A model generated the notes under the pieces. The model was not told the DNA's origin. It ran no database searches and saw only the letters and a program-made list of their open reading frames with translations. From Lama guanicoe (Eukaryota), in the NCBI GenBank assembly GCA_013239625.1, contig MU054187.1, positions 8,652,358-8,716,357 on the forward strand: a stretch of DNA of 64,000 bases, read 5' to 3'. The number at the start of each line of letters is the position of its first letter. Position 1 is the first letter of the stretch. Below, in pieces: positions 24,727-37,117 of the stretch. The position numbers and the translations under genes were made by a program.

Positions 24727-25484
24727 CCATATTGTTTTCCACCCTGGCTTCACCAATTTGCATTCCTACCCACAGTGTACAAGGGCTCCCCTTTCTCCAC
24801 ATCCTTGCCAGTATTTGTTATCTGTGTTCTTTTTGATGATGGCCATTCTGACAGGTGTGATATGGTGTCTCATTGTGATTTTGATTTGCATTTCCCTGAT
24901 ATTAGTGATGCTGAGCAATTTTTCATGTTCTTGTTGGCCATCTGCATTCCCTCTTTCGGAAAAATGTCTGTTCGGTTCTTCTGCCAGCATTTAAATAGAT
25001 TGGTTGGTTGTTTGTTTGCTTTTTAACTGAAGTGCAGTTGATTTAAAATGTTGTACCAGTTTCTAGTGTACAGCATGGATGGACTTGGAGGGCAACATGC
25101 TAAGTGAAATACGTCAGGCAGAGAAAGACAGATACCGTAAGATACCACTCACATGTGGAAGCTAAAAAAATACAACAAACTAGTGAATACAATAGGAAAA
25201 AAAAGACTCACAGATATAGAGAAGAAACTAGTGGTTACTGAGGGGAGAGGGAAGGGGAAGGGCAAGATGGCGGTGGAGGATTAAGAGGTATAAAATAAAC
25301 TGTAAGGATGTATTGTACAACATGGGGAATAGAGGCAATACTTTATAAGCTATAAATGGAGCACAACCTTTAAAAATTTGTGAATCATTATGTTGTATAC
25401 CTGTAACATATAATAGTGTACATCAACTATACTTCAATTTTAAAAATATGATATTGTAAAATAAATGCATCAATTTAAAAAAAA
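24727..25484. mobile_element. 5'-inverted (twin-primed) L1 with 17 bp TSD
   Basis: Antisense ORF2 end 24727-25020 (ORF 24766..24990: MQIKITMRHHITPVRMAIIKK..WQGCGERG, L1 ORF2 C-terminus); sense 3' part 25075-25445; TSD tggcatgggatttctct at 24710-24726 and 25485-25501. Confidence 0.9.
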
Positions 25485-26654
25485 TGGCATGGGATTTCTC
25501 TGTCCAGGAGATGCTGGATTCACAGTCTCTTATGCATCATTTTTTAAGGGCCTGGCTCTTCCAGAAGTACCAGCTTTTGTTGGGAGTGTGGGGACTTTTT
25601 TTCTTCAAAAAGTGATAGAGTCCAAGTCTCTTCCTGAGCACAAGTCCAACAGTTATTTCACATGTTGTTTTACATGTGAGAGACCTTTCCAGGGAAGATG
25701 TGAATAGAAGACAGCAGTGTTTAAAAAGACCAGCTTCACTTTTTTGGTAAACTTCATTTAACCCATCATCTTCCATGATGGTGCTACTTTATTTACGTTT
25801 TCTATGATTAAGGAAACACCTGTTATAACAGAATATAGTCACTACCAAATATTTGTAAGAGGAAGAAATTTAACGCACAATCCAACACGAATGTGTTTTC
25901 CGAGGAGAGATTTATGGTAAACTCTTACTTTAAACTTCTTTTATTCCTTTGGGGCATCAAGAAATGTGTCCATAATGCTTCCGAGGTTTGGGTGTGTGCA
26001 GGAAATGTAAGTATTTGATAGGCTTGTGTGCTCACTGTACTGAGAAAATTTGCAGATGGTATTTAAAGACACAAAAAGGGAAAAAGCAGTCACGCCTATC
26101 AGAAATAATCCCCGGTCCCTGAACATGAGCCCCAGAGAGATTGTTTCCCAAGGCCATGGATTTTAAAAATATCAGCCTTCTCCCCAACGTATATCATTTC
26201 TCTACCCAGCACGAAGAAGAGTCAGTTTGGGATTAGCTCTGCAGAGGTAAACAGATGATCCTGACCTTTGTAACATCACGTCGTTCTGTGGCAAAAACCA
26301 TGAACAAGGATGCACATTGAAAACCAAATCGCCAAATACAGCTCACGCTCTCCAACAAGGAGGGAGATAATCAGAAATAACAGTGCATTTGATGAAAAAT
26401 AAAAAGGTGGTCTTATAAAGTGAAAAGATTGCGAAGGCCCAGGAAAAAGAGAGGGAAACTGAGTTTGATGACTTAGCGTTGATGACATGTGCTAAGATAC
26501 AGGGCTTCCCGGCCCCTAGGTGGGGAGAAAGTAATGCTGCGAGTCTGAAACACTGAACGTTTTTATTTCCAGTTCTGATTATGGTGTGTCCAGTGAGGCT
26601 GGGGTCCAAAGCTCAGCACAGTGACCCCAGCCATGGCCTTGGGTTCAGGTGCAG

Positions 26655-26860
26655 GGAGAGGCCAGAGGGCTTGGAATCAGGTTGGGGTTGAATTGTAGCC
26701 TCTTTATTTGGCCTTGGACTTGGACAGGTTGCTTACTGTCTCTCAGCCTCAGATTCTCTATCTGCTAATGAGCAAGACAATTCCAGTCCCCCAGGTGGGG
26801 ATTAACTGCCATGAAGGGAGAACCACAGGCGTCTCCGGCACGTGCAAAGCCCTTAAAGCA
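26655..26860 (+). mobile_element. MIR SINE
   Basis: ggacttggacaggttgcttactgtctctcagcctcagattctctatctg. Confidence 0.7.
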
Positions 26861-26956
26861 CGCTACGACTGAAGTCCAGCCAGAACAAACGTCACCATCT
26901 CTGTTAAAAATTCGTGCTGCAAATGCATATACACTGCAATAATTAAGATTATTAGG

Positions 26957-27006
26957 TGGCAATGTAGAAATCATATTTTGTTGGCAATGTAGAAATCATA
27001 TTTTGT
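26957..27006. repeat. Perfect 25 bp tandem duplication
   Basis: tggcaatgtagaaatcatattttgt x2 (26957-26981, 26982-27006). Confidence 0.95.
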
Positions 27007-27069
27007 AAGACAGCCAGAATCGTAAATGCACATTTGATGGAGGGAACAGGGCAGAGGGGTGAAGAAGAA

Positions 27070-27245
27070 AGCCCCTGCTTCACTCGCCATTGGGTGACTG
27101 GTGTGACCTTGTGCATGTTTGCTAAGTTCTCTGTGTTTCAGGCTCTCCACCTGAAAAGAGGGGTAACAATAAGAAACTTACCTCGGATTAGCTCAGATAA
27201 TATAAGTAACATGCCTGGCAAATTATAAGCACCGTAAATTTAGCC
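27070..27245 (+). mobile_element. MIR SINE
   Basis: tgtgaccttgtgcatgtttgctaagttctctgtgtttcaggctctccacctgaaaagagggg. Confidence 0.7.
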
Positions 27246-27619
27246 AGCACTCCGACTGCTCTGATGGCTGTGAAACTGTGGCTCGTGATTTGATCCTTTA
27301 CTCACTTTTGGCTGTGGTGTAGCAATAAAATCTAATTGCTGCTCCAAAGCCCAGGAAACTGACCAAAATTCATTGTTCACTTTTATTTGCTGTTTTTGGG
27401 TTTCAGTGTTTGCTAAGTTGGAACTATTGTTTATTTTCTTTCATTGCTGCAAACCATATCTATAAATTTGCTAAGCTGTGTCTCCTCTCTCTCACACGCA
27501 CACACGCACACACATGTGGCGGGTGGGTGTAGCCAGAGCCACCCAGATCCACAGCACTTACTGGGAAAACACCTCAAAGTACAACAGGAGACGGAGGGGC
27601 ATTATTTTGGACTCAAAAT

Positions 27620-27780
27620 GAAAAGGCTTGGATATGGGTCCTAATTCTATCGCTTAACCTGGGCAAAACACTTGTTCTCTCTCTATTCGTAAAATAGATA
27701 TTGGAATATGTTTTCATTTCATGGGGTTGCTGTAAGGATCAAATCTGTAAAAGGACTGTAAAAATATGAAACACTGTACA
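27620..27780 (+). mobile_element. MIR SINE, degraded
   Basis: cctgggcaaaacactt...gtaaaataga...catggggttgctgtaaggatcaaat. Confidence 0.6.
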
Positions 27781-28739
27781 GGCTTTAAATATCAGGGGCT
27801 GGTATTACATACTAAAGACAGCTTCACCACCAAACATTGATGAGTGTTATAAACAGATTAATGAAGATTTTATAATAAATGTGAAACTATCAGAAATAAC
27901 TTACAGTCTAGCTGGAAAGCAAGGGTATCAATTCACTGCGTTCTAAACCACCAGGCTGGTGTGAAGGCACATCTAAATTCTGCTCCCAGGGATCTCAGGC
28001 GTTCCTGGCTCATGTAATTCTGATTAATACAGTGGACGAGTAGGGCTCACATTTTAATTTTGCCTCTTTCTATCTTTGAGAATATTTCCAATATTACAAT
28101 GTCTATCCCCCAAATAGCATAAGACCCAAATAAAAGTAAATCCAACAAAATCTGCTTAACTCAGGCTGCTTTAAAATAAGAGTTCATACAATGGGACAGT
28201 TGGTCCCAATCCTGGTTTAATATGTCTGTAGTACAAAGGGTCTTTGCTGCCTCCTGTTTCTGTAGAAAAAGGAGCTTATTAAAATAAATGTAGAATAAAA
28301 TGTAAGCTCTTAATAGGAATGGAAAAGCAATAATTGATATAATAATAATGAAAAACAATAAATTCTATTTTTCAGGATCTTATTCTTGCACTGTAGTTTA
28401 ATTTAGTAATATTCCAATTTCAAGGGCTACTTCATATGAATGTAAAAAATAGAAATAACTTATTTCTCCTTAAAAAGTTCCAGAGATTCTTTTAAAGAGT
28501 GGTAGGACAATAAAAAAAAAGCAGTTCTAAAAATAAATTCAAATTACCTATAATGAACAAAGTAATCCAAATCTAAATAACATTAGAAAATATACAGGCA
28601 CCTAACCTTTCCATTATGTCACTGGATAAAGGAGGCATAAGAGGCTAATTGATCATGATTACAAAATAAGTACTTTTCAAAAATAAATCTTAACAAGTAA
28701 AATGAAAAATCAATGTGTATTTGTGTGCGTGTGTCCAAG

Positions 28740-29770
28740 CCAAATTCAACTAGCAGGCAGCGATCACACGTCTCATCTTGTGAATGGCATTAGATATCTT
28801 GTTCAAAATCTCTGATTAATCTGATTAAGCTAGTGAGTGAATAATCCTTTAATCCTCTCAAGAATACAGTTTATGTCTGCTGAGTGTCAAATTTAAGACT
28901 GGTAAGCTGTAAATACCGAAATTTAAGTGAAAGGCTGGAGAAAAAGGCAGCCACCCAAAGTCGAACTGTGTCTCCTCTCTCCCGGATTCTGTCTTTTGTG
29001 GGTGACCTTCTCGGCTGAAACAAGAATGAGAAACGTTAGAAAAATAATAAATCATCCTCCAGCGGTGGCTTTGCGGCAGGGAGCGGATCAGTCACCGAGG
29101 ACAAATCTGCTAGCAGGCGCTTCCCTTCCCCAAACAGTTTAATTATAAGTTAATGGATATTGCCTTTTGCGTCTCATTTCATTCTGGAGCAGAAGTGTTT
29201 AAAACCAGATATTTACTTTATAGTTGGAGAAGTATCTCAGAAGCTAAAAATTGCTGAGTATTTTTGCAGAGTCACACAAACAGGAAGATGAACATCCTTC
29301 CATGAATATCTCAGTCAGAGGACTACACGCGAGCGACGGTTGCTGCATTTAGCCTTGGCCAGGTCAAATGAATGGAAGTAAGGTGAGGCTGCTTTATCAT
29401 TAGGCACCAAATTCAAATAATAACAATGAGATAAGATGGTGTGGGCAGGCAGTCCAAGGAGGACAGTGGTGACTCGTTTGCTGCCCAAGAAAGTAAAAGT
29501 AAAAAACAAAGAACTTCTTTTAAACCGATTGGTTTGCTTGCTGCGAGTATTTGCTCCTCCGCCTTGAACTGAAGCGTGTATGTCATTGCCACATGCTGAC
29601 ATGTACTTGCCTGAAATATTTTTGGGGGTCAGTTGTTTATGCAAATTAGCCTCTGCCCCTAAAAACCTTGGCTAATTCTTGCTGGAAGAGCCCAACTGCT
29701 GGACGAGATTAATTTGCCACTCAATTGCTTTTTCATTTACTAATTTAACATGAGTCAGGGGGTTCTGGTT
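28740..29770. promoter_or_regulatory. Candidate enhancer with K50-homeodomain site cluster and octamer
   Basis: TAATCC x2, TAATCT, TGATTA x2 and TAAGCT within 28813-28855; ATGCAAAT at 29639-29646; repeat-free with retained CpGs. Confidence 0.45.
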
Positions 29771-30669
29771 GAATTAAAGTATTGGCCAACCCTTAAAAGC
29801 AGAAAGTCTCTATTATCCCTTAATTCCTCCTGATGTGAGGACCCCTCCCCGCCCTGAGTGCAGAATCTGAATCAGTCCGGGAAGGGAGGTAGAGACCATC
29901 AGCTCCCTCTGCTCTCTGCCGTTTGGGCTCTGGTACCTAGAAAAACTGGGCAACCAGACAATGGAGGAATCCTTTGGAGAACCGCTCTCCTGACATTTTC
30001 TATTTTTGTGTCAATGGAGGTGCTGTGCTTCTAGGTTTGCCCTGTGGACATTAAGACTCATTATCTTTAACCCCATCCCACCCCCTGGCCCCACATTCTC
30101 ACCTGGGCATAAGCTGACTCCTGATTTTGAAGGGCAGGGCCACGGCTGGCTCCCTGAGGACCACAGACCCTCATTACAGCTTCTGGACCAAGAGGCACCT
30201 AAAGTCAGGAGGGACGGTTTAGGATTTTCTACAAACTTTCTTCTAAGGCTCCAAAGAACTGACTTGGACACAGAGAATTGTGTTCAGCCACCTCCGTGCA
30301 TGAGCTGTGGGTCTAAGAAGTCAGTGCCTGGTGATAAATCCTGTCCTGGTAACAAACTGTGACATGACCTTATTGTGCTTTTGCTCACAGAGTGAGGGCT
30401 CTCTTAAAAGCCCATAGGGCAGCGTTTCCCAACTTGTGTAAGATCATTTCTGAAATTATTTTACAACGAACCTAATTATGAATAAACATGTAAGAGGATA
30501 TGCATATAAATTGTGCCATTTGTAATGTGGTTTTTCTTTTTGTACATATCCTCCAATTCATTGTCTTCAGACTTTGTTCTCACCGTCTCATAATCCTGAT
30601 TACTCACATTACAGAAAAACAGACACACTCTTGTGCCTTTACATGGCATGTAAATTAATAACCCCGTCT

Positions 30670-30760
30670 TCCAACATTCATTTACTCATTCATTCATTCA
30701 ACAAATGTTTACTGAGGGTTTGTTAAGTACATGGACATAAAAATGCTGTGATTTAAAATG
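30670..30760 (-). mobile_element. L2 3' end
   Basis: cattcatttactcattcattcattcaacaaatgtttactgag. Confidence 0.8.
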
Positions 30761-32399
30761 ATCCAGAGATCCCTGTGGAATGTTCCATGTACAGTCCATA
30801 AATGAGACCACAGAATCATGGATGCCATATATGCTGAGGCCTTGCCAAAAAGCAATGTGAAGTCACTCAGTCTCCATGCAGCTCATTCCTTGAGACTCAG
30901 AAGACAGTTATAGAAGCATACTTGGTGAGGATTATAAATAACAGCCACAGCACCCACTCTCCTCTCACTATGGTGGTGCCCATTCAACTGGCTTCAGATT
31001 CACCTCTTCCTTTTGATTTTCTATTGACTCTTTAAAAATTCCATCGATGCTGATATAATCTAGAGAGAGCTTGGTGAGAGAAAAGGAGGTCTTAAAGTAT
31101 TAGAAGGGGAAAAAGTACATGATTGCCTTTAGGGAATCTTAAGACCTTGAAATCTATTTCCAAAAAATTCCAGAGCCAAATTGGGGATCCAGACTATGTG
31201 GTGTTAGAACCCATTTTTACATTGTCTCCAAAACTTAGGGTCTCATTGGTCTGTGTCTCTAACCCTTCAACTCTAGGCAACAAGAGTTTAGACCAGTAGA
31301 TTCAGCTTCATTCAGGCTCTGAGCTGCTCTGATCAAGAGAGAATCCAGGCTTGGCTCCACCAGCCAGTGGTGTCTAATTTGGTCAAACCTTTGTGTTCAT
31401 AAATCTGGGCTCCAGGTTGGGCTCTGAATCCTCAAATGGCCATTGAGTCCTATGTCTTCTCTAAGACCATCTACATTTGCTCAGATTAAATAACCAGACC
31501 TTATCTCAATTCCAATGTCCAGGCCATCTGAGCCATAGTCCAACTGACTAAGCCCCTAGACCCCACCTCCCTCTTGCCAGTCTCTTCTGAGATGGCCCTG
31601 GACCCTATTTTTCATACCTATAGTTAATAATTATATCTTCCTTCAAAACAGAGATGTCCCAAGAGACTACCATCCACGTAACTTCTGGAATAATGCCATC
31701 ATTGGGGAATTCCAACAGTGGCTCAACCATCAGAATGAACTATCTTGCCTGACTTAGAGCTTGATCCAGGACACTGTGATTCATTGCACAGCACTGCTTA
31801 CATATCAGCCACTCTTCCAGGGCCCAGGAGATAGCTTAGTATTAGGTCAGTTCCCCTTGCCCATCTGGTTTCGGCACCCTGTTCTTTCTCTTTGATTCAC
31901 ACTAACAATATCCTCCATAGTCTTTCCTGAGTTATGCAATTAGAACCTATTGGAGCAAACTTCTAAGGAATGTGAGAAAGCATAAGTGGGTTATAGACAT
32001 TTTACTGGTTTTGAGGTTCACTTAGAATTGACTGATTCTTGGAGAACCCCCAGTTCCCTAAGCCCAGCCCAGACCAAGAATAGGCTTCCCGTGACTATTA
32101 AACAAAGAAAGCATTCCTCCTCTTTCTAGGCTGCGGTGCACAAGTGGCTAATAGCCACAAAATATCTTCAGTGTATCTCCTTGTATCAGTATATTTTACT
32201 CTCTGACCTGTGGTTCTTCTAAAAATATGACACTAGTGAATTTATTGCCTCTAGTACTGTAAAAAACAACATGTGTCAAGTGTTTTAAGAAGGAATAGAA
32301 AACTAGACTTTATCACCTAGTTTTTCTTGCCAATTATATGTTTTTACTATTCACTTTGACACAACAGCATAAAAATGTTCAAGAAACTCCCTACACTGA

Positions 32400-32900
32400 T
32401 TAAAATTGGAAAGCTGGATAAAGTCATTATTATTGGGCATATGGGTATATTGAAACCTTTATATGCTTGCTGATTTAAACATAGACTGATACAGATATTC
32501 TGGAAAGAACCTGGTAGTACTTAGCTAAATTAAACATTCCCTAAGACAAGCAGTACTGTTCCTGAATATAATTTTCAAAAATATTCTCACATACTTGGGG
32601 ACATGCTACACGATGTTTATCACAATGTTGTTTGTGGTGGAGGGAGGAAACCATGGTGTCTATCATGAGAGGATAAGTAAAACATGGTGGATGCCAACTA
32701 TAAAGTATTCAGTAGCAATCAGAAACAAAGAGCTAGACGTGTACACAGCTACACGGATAGGTCTTAGAAACAATAGGCCATAATGATAAAAAGAAAATGG
32801 AATGAGCTATCTAACATGATGACATTTGTAAAATTAGAGTACATGAATAGATGATTTATAAGAACACATGAAAACAAAAGGACAACATCAAACACATTAA
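32400..32900 (+). mobile_element. Old L1ME-type ORF2-end/3' UTR fragment
   Basis: gatgtttatcacaatgttgtttgtgg...gataagtaaaacatggtggatg...gtattcagtagcaat. Confidence 0.65.
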
Positions 32901-32907
32901 CATGAAA

Positions 32908-33019
32908 GGGGGAGGGCACAGCTCAGTTGTAGCGTGCTGTGCTTAGCATGCACAAGGTCCTGGGTTCAGTCCCCAGTACCTCCATTAAAAATAATATTTA
33001 AAATATTAAATATTAAAAG
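32908..33019 (+). mobile_element. Camelid tRNA-derived SINE (Vic-1-like) with 13 bp TSD
   Basis: ggggagggcacagctcagttgtag...gcttagcatgcacaaggtcctgggttcagtccccagtacctcc; Pol III A-box-like ~32919-32929 and B-box-like 32963-32973; TSD cacattaacatga at 32893-32905 and 33020-33032. Confidence 0.9.
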
Positions 33020-33113
33020 CACATTAACATGACTGCTTGTGGCAGGAGAAAGAATGAGAACGGCAGTGAGAACTTGAGAAATGGAGGCCAAATGAGCTAG
33101 AGAGATAAGAAGG

Positions 33114-33175
33114 TGGATGGGTGGATGGATGGATAGATAGATAGATGGATGGATGGAAAGGTAGACAGACAGATA
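33114..33175. repeat. Compound (GGAT)n/(AGAT)n microsatellite
   Basis: tggatgggtggatggatggatagatagatagatggatggatgg. Confidence 0.9.
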
Positions 33176-33437
33176 ACATATAAGTGAGTCAGCCAGTCAG
33201 TCAAGAGAGAAGGCTGAGCCTCTGCGGGCTGAGCAAACCCAAGGGTTTGCTTCACATACATCTGTGGAAAGTAGACTTCCTCACTCTCACTCCTTCTTCT
33301 AGTCATTGACCCACGTATATTTACAGCTTTGGGCACCAAAATCACAATAGAAATCACATTTTATTGCCTCGGAAATAATCCATTCTTCACAAGAGTCCCT
33401 CTTAGATAATTCCTATGTGGATGGAGGATTAACGGTC

Positions 33438-33735
33438 CAGGGCTAAGTTGCCCAGGATGGCAGCCACAAGCCACGTGTGGTCCTTGAGCTTTTGAAATGT
33501 GGCTAATTCAAACAGAGATGTGAAGATCAAGTATGATGAAAATAATCCCAAAAGTCTCATTGATAATCTTTATATTCATTAAATGTTGAAATGGTATTTT
33601 AGAAATGAGTTAAATAAAATATATTGTCATCAAATTATTTTCAACTGTTCTCTCTACTTTTTTTTGAAGTAGCTAGTAGAAAATTTCAAGTCACATCTGT
33701 GGCCCATCTTCTATCTCTCGTAGACAAAGTTGGTC
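33438..33735. mobile_element. MER33-like hAT-Charlie MITE
   Basis: gcagccacaagccacgtgtgg...ttgaaatgtggcta...tagaaaatttcaagtcacatctgtggc. Confidence 0.8.
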
Positions 33736-34964
33736 TGGGAACGTGTATGTTGATTTACAGCTTCTCCTTCAGTTACTCACGTGAAACAAAGCATGACTGT
33801 TTTCCTGCAAAGGTAGAAGAGTCTTTCTTTTAGAGGCTACAGGTCAATAGAAGACTCAAACTCCTACTGGATTCCCTAACGTTTCTTATAGGTAGTGATT
33901 CCCACTAGAAGTTTCTGGCGTTTCCTATGTGTTTAATTCCACCTTTTCACACTAAATAGAAGGTGACCAAATCACAATAGACCAAGAGTTTCATGCTGGC
34001 TGGGGACAGCCTGCAAACACCCCAGTAAGGATCTAGATTACATTTAAGTTGCTCCAGAGTTTTGTGCCAAGACATCTTGTGACATCCGGAAGGTCTCTTC
34101 GGGGCTTCTTCTTACCATCCTGATATAAAAACCCACTGACAATCTAGGATGGAAAAGAAATTAAAATAATTCGTGCCTAAATACATCACCTTCCACTGTA
34201 AAGGGAAGTCAGAGAATGGAACACTCATTCACCTCTTACTCCCAAGAGGCAATGTGATAGGAATTCAAGATTTTAAAAAACAATATGCACCTTTGAGGTT
34301 AGGAAAAAAAAAGGCTTTACTTAATAAAAATATAGCATGTATAATTTAAATACTGAAATGTCACAAAAGACCTTTATTAACATACGGATAGGACACATTT
34401 TCTAGTTTGATTATGATCACATAAATATATCCCCACTCTTCATTTATTTATTTATTTTTCCCCTTGATTTGAGCCTGATCCCTGGAGTCAGCCCCTCATT
34501 GTCAGGGGACTTGTTGTAAGTAATGGTCATCTGTGTTTCATAATTATCTTGAATCAACACAATTAGTTCCACATTCTGCTGTTTTCTTCCTAAGGCATCT
34601 GTAAACATTTTTTTTTTCACAACTCCAGCAAGTAGCTTTTGTCAATGACTAAATTTTTTATGGAAAAAAAAAGGTAGAAAGATCCAGAATCGAAATTTTA
34701 GATGCGCTTTATATCCCCTTCCAAGAGTATGAAAAAATACTCTTCAAGAGACCAGCCAAGAGATTTTCTCTTTCAGTTCCACAATTTAGAATGTCTTTGG
34801 TCACAGTTTTAATGTGGTTAAATCAACATAAAGCCTGAAGGACATTTAATTTTAAAAAAAATGTACTATGTTTGATTGAATGATTTGGGGTTTTTTTCCC
34901 TTGAATTATTTTGAGTCACTCCACAAAAATGTATTGAACACTAGCTATGTACAGGGAAATAGAT

Positions 34965-35130
34965 GTAATAATCTCAAATTTTTCATGTGTGTCAGAATCA
35001 CTTAGATTCTCCCTTAGCAACCGATTCAGTGAGTTAAAAGTGGACTCCGGAAATGTGCACTTATAACGTCAACCCAAGGTGATGCTGATGGAAGAGGGAC
35101 TCAGAACCCCCACTTTTGAGAAATGTTGAG
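34965..35130. mobile_element. MER5A-like MITE
   Basis: tctcaaa..cagaatcactt..gattcagt..caaggtgatgctgatg..ccacttttgagaa. Confidence 0.75.
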
Positions 35131-36979
35131 GCAGAGCTTCAGATTCTGTCTCTAAATCTTCAAAGAAGTGTGGAATATGAACTTTTACCCCTGAAAATAA
35201 GAGGTGGTAATATATCTCTCCTAGTTCAAGTAAAACTAAAATGATCCAGATGCAGTGGTCCTCACCCTCCTGCATCTAGGAAAGCATGTTTAAGAAAAGG
35301 ATAGAAAGTTGAATGTCATTTCTAAAAAATCCACTTGGAATTTCTAGGAAGGCTTGCTTCAAGAATTGCTCCTGAAATAGTATTTTTTAATAGATTCTTT
35401 GGAAATAGGCAGATCCTCTGCTGAGCGGTAAAATCTGCAGACAGGAACTAAGCATGGAAAATGCATTCTCTTCAGGACTCTTACGCGAAAGCACTTAGAA
35501 CCACCTGGAGTGTGCGACCACCAGAAGGGTCGCTGAGCTCAGCGCTCCACCCTGGGGCCTGAGCCCTGCCCGGGGGCCGTATTCAGACATGTGCTTTGTT
35601 TGGTCTTCTTCTGTCATGCTGTTTCCCCCCAGGACGAGGTTTGGCAAATTTTAGACAGTTTGATTAGGAGCTAACAGGGGCAGTTTTTCTGATGCTTGGG
35701 CGCCTGGAGACATGGGTGGCGCTGCTGTGGACGTGGGGAGGGAGAGAAGCAGGCTTCCTCTCACAGGGAGAGAGCCAAGAGCTGTGGCGTGGAACGCTCA
35801 TCCTCGTGACGTTAACCTTTGGACTGAGGGGTCTTCTGTACTTTCCCTGAGTTCTCACAGGATCCTAACCAGAGAGAGAGGAGAATCAGAGTGTATCAAC
35901 CCAGCAATAAAATGCCGATGTATATCAGTATCAATAATGGGGTGCCATTAAGTACTGTAAGCCAATCAGGTAATCAATAACACTGGAAAGACTTAAAATG
36001 GTGAGCCCGACCCTTGCCCTAAGGAAAACCGGCTCCAGGCCTCCCTCAGAAGTAGCAGTCGGTGGCCTTGGCCGGTCAGGATGCATCTCCCACAGCGCCG
36101 CAGCATCCTGTTTTAAATTACGGTATTCTTTTCCTTACTGCTCCCCCCTCCATTAATATCCAGTAATAAAAGGATATTTCCCTCTCCACATTTGGCAACT
36201 GTGAGACCATGTAGCCACTTTAAAATCAGGTGGTGGCACTCTAAGGGAAAGACACGAGGTAGTTAAAAATTTGAAGAAGAATATGTCAATTGGTAAAATT
36301 AGATAAAAAAAAAAAAGTTACGCTGTGTTCTGCCCTACATTTGGACTATCGCAAGTGAGGCAAACTTTTCTAGGCAAACTGCTGAGGACTGCCAACTTCA
36401 CAAGCTGTTCCACGCTGCCGGGGACATATTTATGGACATACTTTCAACAAGACGTACCTAGTGCTACCAAGCTGTGCTGAAGAGCAGAAAGAATCAGAAC
36501 GATAGATTAAAAAAAAAAAAGAAAGAAAGAAAGAAAAAAAAAAGGATTTCACACATGGGTCCTATTAAAATCAGATCGAGTATTCTGCAATTTACAGGCA
36601 AAAATATTTAAAATAATGACAGGGTTGTTGCATGATCTAAGAAGAAAACACCCGGGAAATGTAAAAGATAAGATTGACACAGCCTGTTTAGCTCAGGCTG
36701 TTACAAAACAAGGCTCTTGAAGGGAGAGAGGAAAAGCCAAACCGCATTGTGAATATTCTCGTTTTTAATCAGTTGGGTCAACATAACTCTGGTGCTATTT
36801 AAAACCTAGGCTTCTCTCATGAATGTTGTTCAGTATGAGGATTACTGTTCACAGAATCTCTCGAGAAAGATTGATTTCATGTCTCTCTGTCTTTCGATGG
36901 TCCGAAAGTCACCATTCTTACTAGTACTTGTCGATTTTATTCCATTTTTAGGAAGGTGTAGATTGACTTCTTTGAATTG

Positions 36980-37117
36980 TTTTCTTATTTATTTTTTTCA
37001 GGAGGGGGGCAGTGAGGTAGTTGGGTTTATTTGTTTTTCAGGGGAGGCGCTGGGGACTGAACCCAGGACCTCGTGCATGCTGAGCATGCGCTCCACCACT
37101 TGAGCTGTCCCCTCCCC
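36980..37117 (-). mobile_element. Camelid tRNA-derived SINE (Vic-1-like)
   Basis: ctggggactgaacccaggacctcgtgcatgctgagcatgcgctccaccacttgagctgtcccctcccc is the antisense of the SINE at 32908. Confidence 0.9.

Noticed and set aside
24766..24990. 74 aa ORF as a functional CDS
   Set aside because: Decayed L1 ORF2 C-terminal fragment within an inverted insertion
30780..31900. Possible processed pseudogene or ancient retroelement interior
   Set aside because: No ORF of 60 aa or more, no poly(A) or TSD, and no family I can recognise
32908..32985. tRNA gene
   Set aside because: A/B boxes are present, but it has an AT-rich tail, a TSD and a second dispersed copy at 36980-37117; it is a tRNA-derived SINE
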